Positions 38,085 to 52,100 of a DNA stretch of 64,000 nucleotides are shown here, in pieces. A program made the position numbers and the translations under genes. Below the pieces are notes generated by a model. The model saw nothing but the letters and a program-made list of their open reading frames with translations. It was not told the origin of the DNA and made no database searches. The stretch comes from Macrostomum lignano. Taxonomy: Eukaryota. The stretch covers positions 1 to 64,000 of the forward strand of contig NIVC01000521.1 of the NCBI GenBank assembly GCA_002269645.1, given 5' to 3'. Numbering within the stretch: the first letter of the stretch is position 1; the number at the start of each line of letters is the position of its first letter.

Positions 38085-39625
38085 AAAAGGCAGACACAGG
38101 GACAGGCAGACACAGGGGCAGGCAGACACAGGGACAGACAGACACAGGGGCAGGCAGACACAGGGGCAGGCAGACACAGGGGCAGGCAGACACAGGGGCA
38201 GGCAGACACAGGGACAGACAGACATAAGGACAGGCAGAAGGCAGACACAGGGACAGGCAGACACTGGGACAGGCAGACACAGGGACAGACAGACATAAGG
38301 ACAGGCAGAAGGCAGACACAGGGACAGGCAGACACAGGGACAGGCAGACACAGGGACAGACAGACATAAGGACAGGCAGAAGGCAGACACAGGGACAGGC
38401 AGACACTGGGACAGGCAGACACAGGGACAGACAGACATAAGGACAGGCAGAAGGCAGACACAGGGACAGGCAGACACTGGGACAGGCAGACGTTGGGACA
38501 GGCAGACACAGGGACAGGCAGACAGCAGACACAGGGACAGGCAGACAGCAGACACAGGGACAGGCAGACACAGGGACAGGCAGACATAAGGACAGGCAGA
38601 AGGCAGACACAGGGACAGGCAGACGTTGGGACAGGCAGACACAGGGACAGGCAGACAGCAGACACAGGGACAGGCAAACACAGGGACAGGCAGACACAGG
38701 GACAGGCAGACGTTGGGACAGGCAGACACAGGGACAGGCAGACAGCAGACACAGGGACAGGCAAACACAGGGACAGGCAGACACAGGGACAGGCAGACAT
38801 AAGGACAGGCAGAAGGCAGACACAGGGACAGGCAGACATAGGGACAGGCAGACATAGGGACAGGCAGACACAGGGACAGACAGACACTGGGACAGGCAGA
38901 CATAGGGACAGGCAGACACAGGGACAGGCAGACACAGGGACAGGCAGACATAGGGACAGGCAGACATAGGGACAGGCAGACATAGGGACAGGCAGACGTA
39001 GGGACAGGCAGACACAGGGACAGGCAGACACAGGGACAGGCAGACACAGGGACAGGCAGACATAGGGACAGGCAGACAGCAGACACAGGGACAGGCAGCA
39101 GACACAGGGACAGGCAAACACAGGGACAGGCAGACACAGGGACAGGCAGACACAGGGACAGGCAGACAGCAGACACAGGGACAGGCAGACACAGGGACAG
39201 GCAGACACAGGGACAGGCAGACAGCAGACACAGGGACAGGCAGACAGCAGACACAGGCAGACACAGGGACAGGCAGACACAGGGACAGGCAGACACAGGG
39301 ACAGGCAGACACAGGGACAGGCAGACACAGGGACAGGCAGACACAGGGACAGGCAGACACAGGGACAGGCAGACACAGGGACAGGCAGACACAGGGACAG
39401 GCAGACACAGGGACAGGCAGACACAGGGACAGGCAGACACAGGGACAGGCAGACACAGGGACAGGCAGACACAGGGACAGGCAGACACAGGGACAGGCAG
39501 ACACAGGGACAGGCAGACACAGGGACAGGCAGACACAGGGACAGGCAGACACAGGGACAGGCAGACACAGGGACAGGCAGACACAGGGACAGGCAGACAC
39601 AGGGACAGGCAGACACAGGGACAGT
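38085..39625. repeat. 16-bp minisatellite (GGACAGGCAGACACAG)n between TPR and the RBR gene
   Basis: Homogeneous units at the right end, degenerate toward the left. The [12 protein letters not shown] ORFs are artefacts. Confidence 0.97.
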
Positions 39626-40122
39626 CACTAAATGAGAGGCGACAATGCTAGTCCAGAAACTTGGCTACATGCAGAATGCCGACACTATACACTCGGGTCT
39701 GAACAAGCAAAAGTTTAAATAAAATAGAGCAGAAACACAAAGTCTGCTGCGTCAAAGACGCAACCAACACGGGCCGAGAATGCGGCTGCTATTATTATTA
39801 TTAGTATTAATACAGAATATGTTGACAAGCAAGTCTTTTGCTATTGATAAGTTAACGAATGCCTAGGATGTCAATGGGCGTGCAAATTCAACAAATGACG
39901 GGGGCCACAACGATAAGCCAAAAGAGGAATAAGCAAACTTCCAAATTGCACTGCCTATCGTATATACTTCGTCAAGGAGATACAGACACGACAGGGTGGC
40001 CCAATGAAAAACTGACAGATTTAGCGGCAGTCAGAAAAAAAATAATGCTGAAAATGCGGCAATCAGTTTGATTTTCTCATGTAAATTAAAACTATAGGCA
40101 ACAGAAGATCTTCATAACAAAG

Positions 40123-43100
40123 TCAAGGCGAATCGCTGCGCTGTATCGTATACTTTCCCCCCGATGGGGCCGGCCTACCGCCTGGCTGCTGTTGCTGCTG
40201 ACGAGCCGCCTGACCCGAGAGCGTCGTAGTTGTCGCCCGTCTGACAGACGACGATGGCCCAACGTCGCCCTGTTGTTGCATGCTTGGCCACGCCGGCTGC
40301 TGCTGCTGTTGAGTTGATGAAGCCGCACCAAACAGGCTGGAGGTGCCACTACCGCCGAGGCCGCTGGTTCCAGCGCCGCTGCCGAAGATGCCGCCAACAG
40401 ACGACGCAGAGGCGGCCGCCTGGCGGAAGCTGAACGGCGCCGAAGCAGCTGAAGTGGCCGACGCGCCAGCAAACATCGACGATTGCTTTGAAGTGGCCGC
40501 GTCGTCGCCGGCTTCGGCTTCATCTTCACCCGGCTCGGCCTCGTCATCATTGTCCTCCTCTTCCTCTTCCTGCTCCTCTTCGTCGCCTTCTTCGTCTTCG
40601 CTTTCTTCCTCTGCCTCGCCTTCGCCATCGTCTTGGTCTTCGCCTTCGTCTTCCATCGATTGTTGAGCCTCGGCGTCGGCCTCCTCTGTGGCCTCCTGGT
40701 CCTCGTCGGAGTCGCTGCTCAGGGTGATGGTCTCCCCAGGAGCGATGGGCGGCGGTTTCTGCAGCAACTGTCTGAACATCTGAGCTCCGCCGCGATGCCC
40801 GAACGACGGCGCGGCAGCGGCGGCAAAGTACGCGTCACTGTCGTCCTCTTCTTCCACCTCCTCCTCGTCGTCATCATCTTCTACTTCGCCTTCTTCTGCC
40901 TGGTCATCCTCATCTTCTTCCTCTTCCTGAGAGCCCTCAGCTTCCGTGTCTCTTTCGCCTTCAACCTCCGCTATATGCACGTCATCATTGTCATCTTCCT
41001 CTTGGTCCTCTTCTTCTTCTTCAGCACTGACAGCGGCGGCCTCTTCAACTTGGTCTGAACTCATCGCTTCGGAAAGCAGAGCCGACTGGAATCCGGGCTG
41101 CTGCTGAAGTCGGGCTCGCTTCGGCTCTGAGGCGGCGGCTTGATCTTGGAAACCGAACGAGCCTCGACTGCCGGCTTCTTCGTCATCGGCGGCCGACCCG
41201 GCTGCGGAGGCTGACGCCGACGGCTCGCGCTGACGATCCAGATTGACGGTGGACGACGACGCGGAGGCGGCACTGTCGGATTCCTCCAGCAATTGTCGGG
41301 GCCGTTTCAGACTGACGCCGCCGCCGACCCCGACGCTGCTAGAAGAGGCGGCTGCACCTGTCGATGTCGCTGTCGAAGCGGACGGCATCGCCGAGATCTC
41401 AGCCGATGGCATGGGCGTCACCATAGCCTGCGGCGGCAGCTGCGGCTGGTGAAGCACAGCTTGCGTCTCCTCCGACGACACCGGGGCAGCTGACGACGAT
41501 GACGGAAGTGTGGATGTTGGTTGCGGCGGTGGAGCAATAACTGGCTGCTGCTGCGGTGACAGAGCCTGCTGCTGACCACTGATGGCTGCGGTGGCCTCGT
41601 GCTGCGGCGTCGGTTGCACGGCAACAACAATAACAGAGGATGGCTGAGAAGGCCGCAGTAGCGGAGTTATCTCAGCCGTCTGCTTGGCTTCCCTAGCAGC
41701 TGCCGGCTGCTGCGGCGTCGGCTTGACGGTCATTGTGTGCTTCAAAGCCTCCGTGTCCGGACTGCTCTTTATCACTGTGGACGGCGCCGATTGTTGCGAG
41801 GTCTGCGGCTGCAATTGCTGCTGCTGCTGCTGCTGCGTCGGCGGCGGCGGCGGAGTTTGAGGCGGCTGCTGAGCCTGGGGCTGCGAGTGCGGCCTCTGCT
41901 GCTGCTGAAGCTGAGCCTCGAGTTCGCTTAACCGACCTCTTAGCCTGGCATTGTCAGCGCCGAGCATTCTGGCGTGCCCTTCGATAGCGGTGACTCGCTT
42001 GCGAGCCTCGGACACTTCCAAGCGTAGTTGGCTGTTCTCCGCTTGCAACTCCTCAACACGACGTTTTGCCGCTTCAGCCTCTTGCTGCAGTTGCTGTTGA
42101 CGTTGTTGCTGCTCTTGCTGCTGCTGCTGCTGTTGTTGTGACTGCTGCTGAGGCTGCTGCTGCTGCTGTTGCAATTGCGCTTTCAACTCGGTAGATTCTT
42201 GCTTATATTTGCGCGCAACCTCTTGAATCTTTTTGAATCGCTCTTTTAACTCCTCGTGGCCTCGCTGCAGCCGGTCCCGCTCGGCCGTGCCTTCTTGGGC
42301 CTCCCGCCCGGCCGTGGCCAGAGACGATTCGGCAGCTTTCTGAGCAGCCTCGAGGCCGGATATCCGGCTGGCTGTGTCGGCCAAGCGCTGGGCCAGGCGC
42401 TGCCTATCCGCCGTGGCGTCTTCCAGTTCGCGCCGCAGGCGGTCCCGCTCTTGATTGGCCTGACGCAGCGCCTCTGGGTCAACCAGCTGCTGCTGCTGTT
42501 CCTGATACTGGCGCTCTTGACGCTCGACGCGTTGCGCCAATTCTGAGGCGCGCTGACGCCAGCGGGCGCATTCTTCGCGAACTAGCGACAGTTCGGATTC
42601 AAATTTTTTTCGCTCTTCTCGCAAGTTATTGAGCTCGGTGCGCAGCGGCTCAAGCTTAGTATCGGATTCGGCGGCCGACTTCTCAAGCTCAGCCAGACGC
42701 GAGCGCAGTTCGGCTTGTTCACGTCTGAGCAGTCGGTTGCTCTCGGTTACCAGGCTCAGCTGTTCGACTCGTTCCAATAGGCCAGCGTGCGCCGCGTCCG
42801 TAGCAACCGAGGCTCGCTGGCGCTCCCGTTCAGCGGTTAACTCGTTCTTGGCCCGCTCGGCCGCCGTACGATTGTCTTCGGCCAGCCGCCGCAGCCTGGC
42901 GGTCTCTTCGCGTAGTTGAGCCGCCTGACTCTCAGCCAAATTGCGCTCCTTGCGCAGATAGCGAACCAACTGCAGCAGCTGCTCGGCTGACTTGTTGGAC
43001 TCCGGGATCGCGCTGGCATCAGCAGGAGCCTCCGCCGCATAGGACTCCTCTGCCTCCGGCCGCCTCATAGCCAGCATCTGCGTGGCGGTCAGCTCAACCT

Positions 43101-46100
43101 GGTCCTGCAGCTTGGCGCACATCTCTCTGGCGTCCGCTAGCCGAGTTTCCAATGCCGCCTTCTCCTCCGACAGGGCGTCGGACGCAGCCTGCCGTTCGGC
43201 CAGGCGCTCCTCGAACTCCGCCTTAGCCGAAGCGTGCTCGGCGCGCAGGCTGTACAGCTCCGATTGCAGATCGGCTAGAGACTGTTTTGTCTCGGCGTGG
43301 GCGCGCACATCGACAGCGTGCAGCACCAGCTCCTGTTCGTATTTGGCTTCCGCTTCCGTTGCCCTGCTGGCAGCCGCTTGGCCATCCTCGGAGGCGCGTT
43401 TCTCGGCGGCTAACGCGGCTTCGAGCGACTCCTCGGCGTTGCGCGCCCGCTGCTCGAGTTCGGCGAGGCGGCTAGCAGCGTCGGCCCGTTCGGACTCGGC
43501 TTCGGCGCCTAGGCGCTCCGCTTTGGCGCGCCAATCGGCGGCCTGGCGTTCGGCGTCTGCGGCTGCCGATCGGCACCTGCGAGGTGAAACATGGGTTATT
43601 AAACAATCTTATTTGATACTATCGGGCGGCCGGTGAGAGGTGCTACAGTGGGCTGCGGTCTGTAAGACACAGGTGTTACAGTGGGCTGCGGTCTGTGAGA
43701 CACAGGTGTTACAGTGGGCTGCGATCTCTGAGACACAGGTGTTACAGTGGGCTGCGGTCTGTAAGACACAGGTGTTACAGTGGGCTGCGGTCTGTGAGAC
43801 ACAGGTGTTACAGTGGGCTGCGGTCTGTGAGACACAGGTGTTACAGTGGGCTGCGGTCTGTGAGACACAGGTGTTACAGTGGGCTGCGGTCTGTGAGACA
43901 CAGGTGTTACAGTGGGCTGCGGTCTGTAAGACACAGGTGTTACAGTGGGCTGCGGTCTGTGAGACACAGGTGTTACAGTGGGAAGCGGGCGGCACTGTCC
44001 AGAGACACAAAGAGTGCTTACTGCTCAGCTGCCTCCTGCTCCCGGCGCACTCTGGCTTCGACATCAGTCAGCAGCTGCTCGTGCACAGCCGCCTGCTCGG
44101 CCAGGCTCTCTTCAACCCTTGCCGACACGTCGCGATATTCGACGGCCTCGGCGCGCAATCGATCGGCTTCGCGTCTGGCCGACTGCAATTCGGCTTCGAG
44201 TTCGGCGCAGCGAAGGCGCGCCAACCGGACGGCGCCGTCGTCTTCAGCGGAGTCAGCGGCGCCGGACTGCGATTTCTCTGTAGTTGACTGCTGCTGAGCA
44301 GACGGAGCATTGCGCAGCTCAGTCTGGACTCGTTCCAGCTCGGCGTCGCGAGCGGCCAGCGACTCGGCCAGACGGGCTCGCTCAGCCTCTACGCCGGCAA
44401 GCTGTTCGCTTAGGCGGCGCACGTTTCGCTCTAAATCGGCGCGCTCCTCGGCCAGGCGGCCGGTTTCGCTGGCCAGCCGGGCGCGCAGCGAGTCGGCCTC
44501 GCGTTGCAGCGTTTCTACTCGCGAATCGGCGGCGTCGCGCGATTCAACTTCGCGCCGTTCTAAACTGCGCCGCATCTCTTCTAGGCTGGCGAATAGGGCG
44601 CGCTGCTGGCCGGCCGCTTCGCTGCGCAGCCGGTCGTTCTCGGCGCGAAGGCGCGCCTCGCTAGGCCTTAGTGTGTCCAGCTGGGAGCGAGCCGAGGCCA
44701 GCTGCGACTCCAGCCGGGCAACGCAATCGGCGCTGGAGGCGGCGGCAGACTTCGCCTGGCTGGCCTCCTGCTCGCTGCGGGCCCGGGCTTCGATAGCCCG
44801 CTCGGCCGACTGGTGCAGGGCGGCGATTTCGCGGCGCAGCTCGGCGGCGTTGGACTCCTGCGGTGATTGACAGGTGGGGCATTGGGATGCATTGGGTATT
44901 GTGACACACGTGTTATAGCCTGAAATCTTGTTAGACGGGTGTTACAGTGGAAAACCTTGTTAGATACAGGTGTTAAAATGGACCACCCTGTTAGACACAG
45001 GTGTTACAATGGACAACCCTGTTAGACACAGGTGTTACAATGGACAACCCTGTTAGACACAGGTGTTACAATGGACAACCCTGTTAGACACAGGTGTTAA
45101 AATGGACCACCCTGTTAGACACAGGTGTTAAAATGGACCACTCTGTTAGACACAGGTGTTAAAATGGACAACCCTGTTAGACACAGGTGTTACAATGGAC
45201 AACCCTGTTAGACACAGGTGTTACAATGGACAACCCTGTTAGACACAGGTGTTAAAATGGACCACCCTGTTAGACACAGGTGTTAAAATGGACCACCCTG
45301 TTAGACACAGGTGTTACAATGGACAACCCTGTTAGACACAGGTGTTGAAATGGACCACCCTGTTAGACACAGGTGTTAAAATGGACAACCCTGTTAGACA
45401 CAGGTGTTACAATGGACAAAGCTGTTATACAGTGAAGAGCCATGTTAGACACAGGATGTTACAGTGGACAGCCATGTTAAACACAGGATGTTACAGCAGG
45501 ACTCGCGAGACTGTGTTAGACATATCTCTATTAAGCAACCCATAACTCAACTACCTGCAGTCTGGCCTTCTCATGATGCGACTCCAGCTGAGCAGACAGT
45601 CGAGCATTAAGCTGTTTAAGCCTGTCGATTTCGCTCTTAGCCGTCTCCAATTCTTTGTCCCTAGCGGCGTCCCGCTGCGCCCTGTCGGCTTTGTAGGCTG
45701 AGAACTGCTCGCCGAGTTCGCTTAGCAACTGCTTGAGCTCGTCAACGGAGTTAGCAGCGGCACCGCCGGCCTGCTGAGGCTGCTGATCTGTCGCGCTAGT
45801 ACCGGATGCTGCTCGAACAGGCGATACGGATGGCTGCCGATGCTGCTGCTGCTTCTGGGAAACCCCGTCCGGCGATGCCAGCTTGGTTAGTGATGAAGCT
45901 TCGGCTAGTGCGGTCTGGTGGAAATTCAGGATTAAATAGAGATGTTTAATAGATAAGAATAGCGATATGCACAGACAATAGACCGGTTTCTAATAATCTG
46001 CACCATTTATCAGTGCACAATAATCGATTCAAATTCTTTTCTTGCTACTCATTAGTAGGCAAAGTAGGATGATCTCAGATTACCCGATGAAAGCGGTACC

Positions 46101-49100
46101 TAGGCTAAGAAGCGTCTCAGAGTCGTTGCAGTTGCAGGTAACACAGCTAGGTAATATAGGCAAGAAGTGACTCTGGACGACTCTAAAACGATGAGATGTC
46201 ACTGTAAAAGTTTTCAGAGAGTCGCTTTATAAAGTCACCTGAGTTGTGTTTAAAGCGCATTTGCGTCGCTTGATTAATTAGAGTCAGATCTCTAGCAAAA
46301 GTTGGGCGCTAACCCCTGATTAGTCGTCAATCGTCAGATCGATGACTGTGCTGACTCCCTCCACAGGGACAGATGGGCGGGCACCCAAAACTGCCGGCAA
46401 TCTCGTGCCGCGGTTCCGTACCCCTCCCGCAGGCTCAGAAACGTCCTTCTGAACCAAAATCGGAAGGATATTCGAGCCCTTGTCATGACCTTTACCGGCC
46501 GCCATGGCAATCTCGCCAGGCACTGCTTTCTCGGAGGCGACCTCAAGAATGAACTTTGCCCTTTTTGCGAGTACGACAATGAAGATGCTCAGCAATTTGT
46601 TTGTCACTGCCCTTTCTTTACCAGAGACCGGCTACGCTACCTCTGGCCGAACCCGTCCATTGACGAGGTCTGCCAGCCCGACAGCATCCCATGGCTCATC
46701 CAGTTCCTTCGGGCGACTAGACGAGCCACTTTCTTCCCAACGGAAGATCACGCTGCAGGACGGACCGGCGGATCACCCTGATTGGCCCCACGCCTCTGCC
46801 TGTCTGCGGGCCTTCAGGGGCTAGCGGAATAGGGCGACCCCCTTCGCCTCGCCGCTGTGTCTACGGACCACCCTGCAGCTGAGTCTAAGTAAAAAAGACG
46901 TTTAGGGCCGAGAGTCGCTGTATAAAGTCACCTGAGTTGTGTTTAAAGCGTCGCTTGATTAATTATAGAGTCACATCTCTATCGAAAGTTCAGCGCCAAC
47001 GACTCTTGGCCAACTCTATTACGATTTAACAACTCACGTGACGCAACAGTCGCCTCTCCGTCGCATTAGACGCGTTTGAGTTAAAAGTCAACAAAAGTGG
47101 CCCCAGAGTCGCTAGAGTGAGTATTTACCTGCTCCGCTTCGCTAAGGCCAAACAGGCCGGCCAACTGCGGCCCGGCATGGCACAGCAACACGGCTCGCAT
47201 AGCGTCCCGCTGCCTGGCCGCGGCGCCTAGCAGCGTTCGATGCTGAGCTTCAGCAGATTGCAGGCGCTCCAATTCGGCCGCCATGCTGGCCAGCTGGGAG
47301 CGCAGTTCGGCCTCTGCTGGCTGGCCGGAGGCTGCAGCCGACCCGGAGTCAGTGGCGGCTTCGGCTGCTTCCATCTCCTCTAGCCGGTTGGCCAGCTCAC
47401 GGCTCACCTGTCGGGGACAGGGTGGAGTACAGGTTGGTCATAAAAGGTGAATAATTGTAGAATTATAAACAGAGGGGGCAGAGGACTGTCTATTTAAGGA
47501 CACTGTGGGGAGCAGAGGACTGTCTATTTAAGGACACTGTGGGGAGCAGAGGACTGTCTATTTAAGGACACTGTGGGGGGCAGAGGACTGTCTATTTAAG
47601 GACACAGTGGGGGGCAGAGGACTGTCTATTTAAGGACACTGTGGGGGGAGCAGAGGACTGTCTATTTAAGGACACTGTGGGGGCAGAGGACTGTCTATTC
47701 AAGGACACAGTGGGGGGCAGAGGACTGTCTATTTAAGGACACTGTGGGGGGAGCAGAGGACTGTCTATTTAAGGACACAGTGGGGGGCAGAGGACTGTCT
47801 ATTTAAGGACACTGTGGGGAGCAGAGGACTGTCTATTTAAGGACACTGTGGGGGGCAGAGGACTGTCTATTTAAGGACACAGTGGGGAGCAGAGGACTGT
47901 CTATTTAAGGACACAGTGGGGGGCAGAGGACTGTCTATTTAAGGACACTGTGGGGGGAGCAGAGGACTGTCTATTTAAGGACACTGTGGGGGCAGAGGAC
48001 TGTCTATTTAAGGACACAGTGGGGGGCAGAGGACTGTCTATTTAAGGACACTGTGGGGGGAGCAGAGGACTGTCTATTTAAGGACACAGTGGGGAGCAGA
48101 GGACTGTCTATTTAAGGACACTGGGGGGCAGAGGACTGTCTATTTAAGGACACTGGGGGGCAGAGGACTGTCTATTTAAGGACACAGTGGGGGGCAGAGG
48201 ACTGTCTATTTAAGGACACTGGGGGGCAGAGGACTGTCTATTTAAGGACACTGGGGGGCAGAGGACTGTCTATTTAAGGACACTGGGGGGGGCAGAGGAC
48301 TGTCTATTTAAGGACACTGTGGGGGCAGAGGACTGTCTATTTAAGGACACAGTGGGGGCAGAGGACTGTTTATTTAAGGACACAGTGGGGGGCAGAGGAC
48401 TGTCTATTTAAGGACACTGTGGGGGCAGAGGACTGTCTATTTAAGGACACTGTGGGGGCAGAGGACTGTCTATTTAAGGACACTGTGGGGAGCAGAGGAC
48501 TGTCTATTTAAGGACACTGTGGGGGGCAGAGGACTGTCTATTTAAGGACACTGTGGGGAGCAGAGGACTGTCTATTTAAGGACACTGTGGGGAGCAGAGG
48601 ACTGTCTATTTAAGGACACTGTGGGAGCAGAGGACTGTCTATTTAAGGACACAGTGGGGCAGAGGACTGTCTATTTAAGGACACTGTGGGGGGAGCAGAG
48701 GACTGTCTATTTAAGGACACTGTGGGGGCAGAGGACTGTCTATTTAAGGACACTGGGGAGCAGAGGACTGTCTATTTAAGGACACTGGGGAGCAGAGGAC
48801 TGTCTATTTAAGGACACTGGGGAGCAGAGGACTGTCTATTTAAGGACACTGGGGGGCAGAGGACTGTCTATTTAAGGACACTGGGGAGCAGAGGACTGTC
48901 TATTTAAAGACACTGGAGAGAAGATGCATCCAGCCCGAAGGTCCACCTGCAGCAGCCGCCTATTCTGCTCCTGAAGCTCTTCAACATCGCCGTATGTCAG
49001 CAGCCTTTCAGTGATGACGTCACCGGCTCGCCGAACAGCCGACTGCGACGAGGACGGCGACTCGCCGGCAAACGGGCGATAGGGCGAGCTGGGCGGCGGG

Positions 49101-52100
49101 GCGCCAGTCTTGGCCATGTGAAGCTCCCACAGCAGACGGACTACCTGGCGGCTCTGATCAGAGTGGCTGTCAGAGAGGCGCCGGTTCTCACGCTCCAGAT
49201 GGCGCAGTCCGCGCAGCCTGTCCTGACAGTCGGCCTTGAGGTCGGCCAGTTCAGCTAACGCCGAATCCAATTGTCGGCTTAATTGAGCCGCGGCCGCCGT
49301 CAGTCTGGCGTTGTCCTCGCGCAATCGGCGAACACCCGGAGCGCCGGCTTCAACTTCGCGTAGCACCGTCTGCATTGATTGACGCAGCGCGGCGGCCTCC
49401 TCGCGTTCCCGGTGCAGCCGGCGCTGCAGATCCGCGTACTCCACGCACAGTTCGCTTAGCGGCTTGCCCCGCTTCAGCAGGTCGCGAACAGCCGCCGCCG
49501 CAGGCGTCATCTCGGCCACCTGCTCGGCCGTGTCCGATTCGCCGCGCAACAGCTCGATTTGAGAGTTGGCCAGCTGGGGGAGTTGGGCGAAAATGGCCGA
49601 GTGAGAAATTTAGTGGCTCATTTAGTCATTAACCTGTCCCCTCATTTAGTCATTAACCTGTCCCCTCATTTAGTCATTAACCTGTCCCCTCATTTAGTCA
49701 TTAACCTGTCCCGTCATTTAGTCACTAACCTGTCCCCTCATTCATTAACCTGTCCCGTCATTTAGTCACTAACCTGTCCCCTCATTTAGTCATTAACCTG
49801 TCCCGTCATTTAGTCACTAACCTGTCCCCTCATTTAGTCATTAACCTGTCCCGTCATTTAGTCACTAACCTGTCCCCTCATTCATTAACCTGTCCCGTCA
49901 TTTAGTCACTAACCTGTCCCCTCATTTAGTCATTAACCTGTCCCATCATTTAGTCACTAACCTGTCCCCTCATTCATTAACCTGTCCCGTCATTTAGTCA
50001 CTAACCTGTCCCCTCATTTAGTCATTAACCTGTCCCGTCATTTAGTCACTAACCTGTCCCCTCATTCATTAACCTGTCCCGTCATTTAGTCACTAACCTG
50101 TCCCCTCATTCATTAACCTGTCCCGTCATTTAGTCACTAACCTGTCCCCTCATTCATTAACCTGTCCCGTCATTTAGTCACTAACCTGTCCCCTCATTCA
50201 TTAACCTGTCCCGTCATTTAGTCACTAACCTGTCCCCTCATTCATTAACCTGTCCCGTCATTCAGTCACTAACCTGTCCCTTCATTTAGTCATTAACCTG
50301 TCCCGTCATTTAGTCACTAACCTGTCCCCTCATTTAGTCATTAACCTGTCCCGTCATTTAGTCACTAACCTGTCCCCTCATTCATTAACCTGTCCCCTCA
50401 TTCAGTCACTAACCTGTCCCTTCATTTAGTCATTAACCTGTCCCGTCATTTAGTCACTAACCTGTCCCCTCATTTAGTCATTAACCTGTCCCCTCATTTA
50501 GTCACTAACCTGTCCCGTCATTTAGTCATTAACCTGTCCCCTCATTCATTAACCTGTCTCCTCATTTAGTCATTAACCTGTCCCCTCATTCAGTCATTAA
50601 CCGACTTTGACTAATAAACTTACTACGTACTTATTCACTAAGCTGACTACTCACTTAGTCACTACTCACCTATCAATTAATTTAAGTGAACCGCTCTCAC
50701 CTGCAATTCGGCCTCCTTTTTCTCTAGCAGCGCTCTCAGCTCGGCCAGTTCAGTCTCGAGTCGGCCAGCAGCGGCGGTCCGCTCAGCCTCTGACCGGCTG
50801 AACTCCTCGGCGCTACGTCGCAGGTCGTCCTGCAGTTCGCCGACAGCTTCGAGTAGTTGAGCGCAGCGCTGCTCTTGCTCCTCGGCGCCGGATCTGTACA
50901 CGGCAGCCAGTCGGCGCTGCGACTCCAGTTCGCCGCCCAGCGCCTCCTCCAGCCTGGTCCGCTCGTCGCGAGCTTCGCGCAGCCGTTCTAGCAGTCGATC
51001 GTGCTGCTCGCGCATAGCCGACTGAGACTCGCGAGCCGACTCTAGCTGAGCAGTCAGAGACTCCAGCTCGCCAGTCCGACGGTCCAGCTCCAGTTGGTAT
51101 TCGCGATCCCGCTCGCGAGCCGCCTGTCGGGCGGTGAGAATCTCGTCTGTCTTGGCGGCCAGCTGGCGTTCCAGCCAGGCCAGGTGAGTCGACCGTTCCG
51201 AGTCCGACTGCTCGGCCGAGGCCAGGCGCAGAGTGGCCGATGATTCGCTAATGCGGACCTGTGAGGGTAATGTTTAATATGCTACTGTGAGTAGAGTAAT
51301 TCAGTCTGTTTAAAATAATTTTACTTTAAATTCAATGTACTTTTTTAAAACTATTAAATTTAATCCCCTTTTTTTACCAGTACTCAATGTCCGATTTCTC
51401 CCGGACCACAGCGAAATCCTATGCCTGAATTCCCCTCCGAATCCCATGACAAATTCCTCCAACCCAACAGAGATAACGACTAAATTCCCCCAACCCTACT
51501 GAGATAACATGACTAAATTCCCCCAACCCTACTGAGATAACATGACTAAATTCCCCCAAGCCCACTGAGATAACATGACTAAATTCCCCCAACCCTACTG
51601 AGATAACATGACTAAATTCCGCCAAGCAAACTGAGATAACATGACTAAATTCCCCCAACCCTACTGAGATAACATGACTAAATTCCTCCAACCACACTGA
51701 GATAACATGACTAAATTCCCCCAACCACACTGAGATAACATGACTAAATTCCTCCAACCACACTGAGATAACATGACTAAATTCCTCCAACCACACTGAG
51801 ATAACATGACTAAATTCCCCCAACCACACTGAGATAACATGACTAAATTCCCCCAACCTCACCAAGAAAACATGCGCATGATTTGAATTCCCACCAAGAT
51901 TCCATGCCTGAATTCCCCTTGGTAATATAAATCTATAAAGTATCTTTCAACTCAGCGCTCACCTGATCCAGCTGCACCTGCTTCTCAACAACCTCTCTCT
52001 CGGCCTTGTGCAGCTGCTCCCTAAGCCGTTCGCATTCGCCGCCAAGTCGTTCAACTTCGCCGGCAAGTCGACGCGTCGATTCGGCTAAATTGTCGCGCTC

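Noticed and set aside
40092-44910. Numerous overlapping antisense and alternative-frame ORFs over the TPR, TRAF-like, RBR and 7TM exons
   Set aside because: They are shadows of GC-rich coding sequence, and one frame carries all family motifs.
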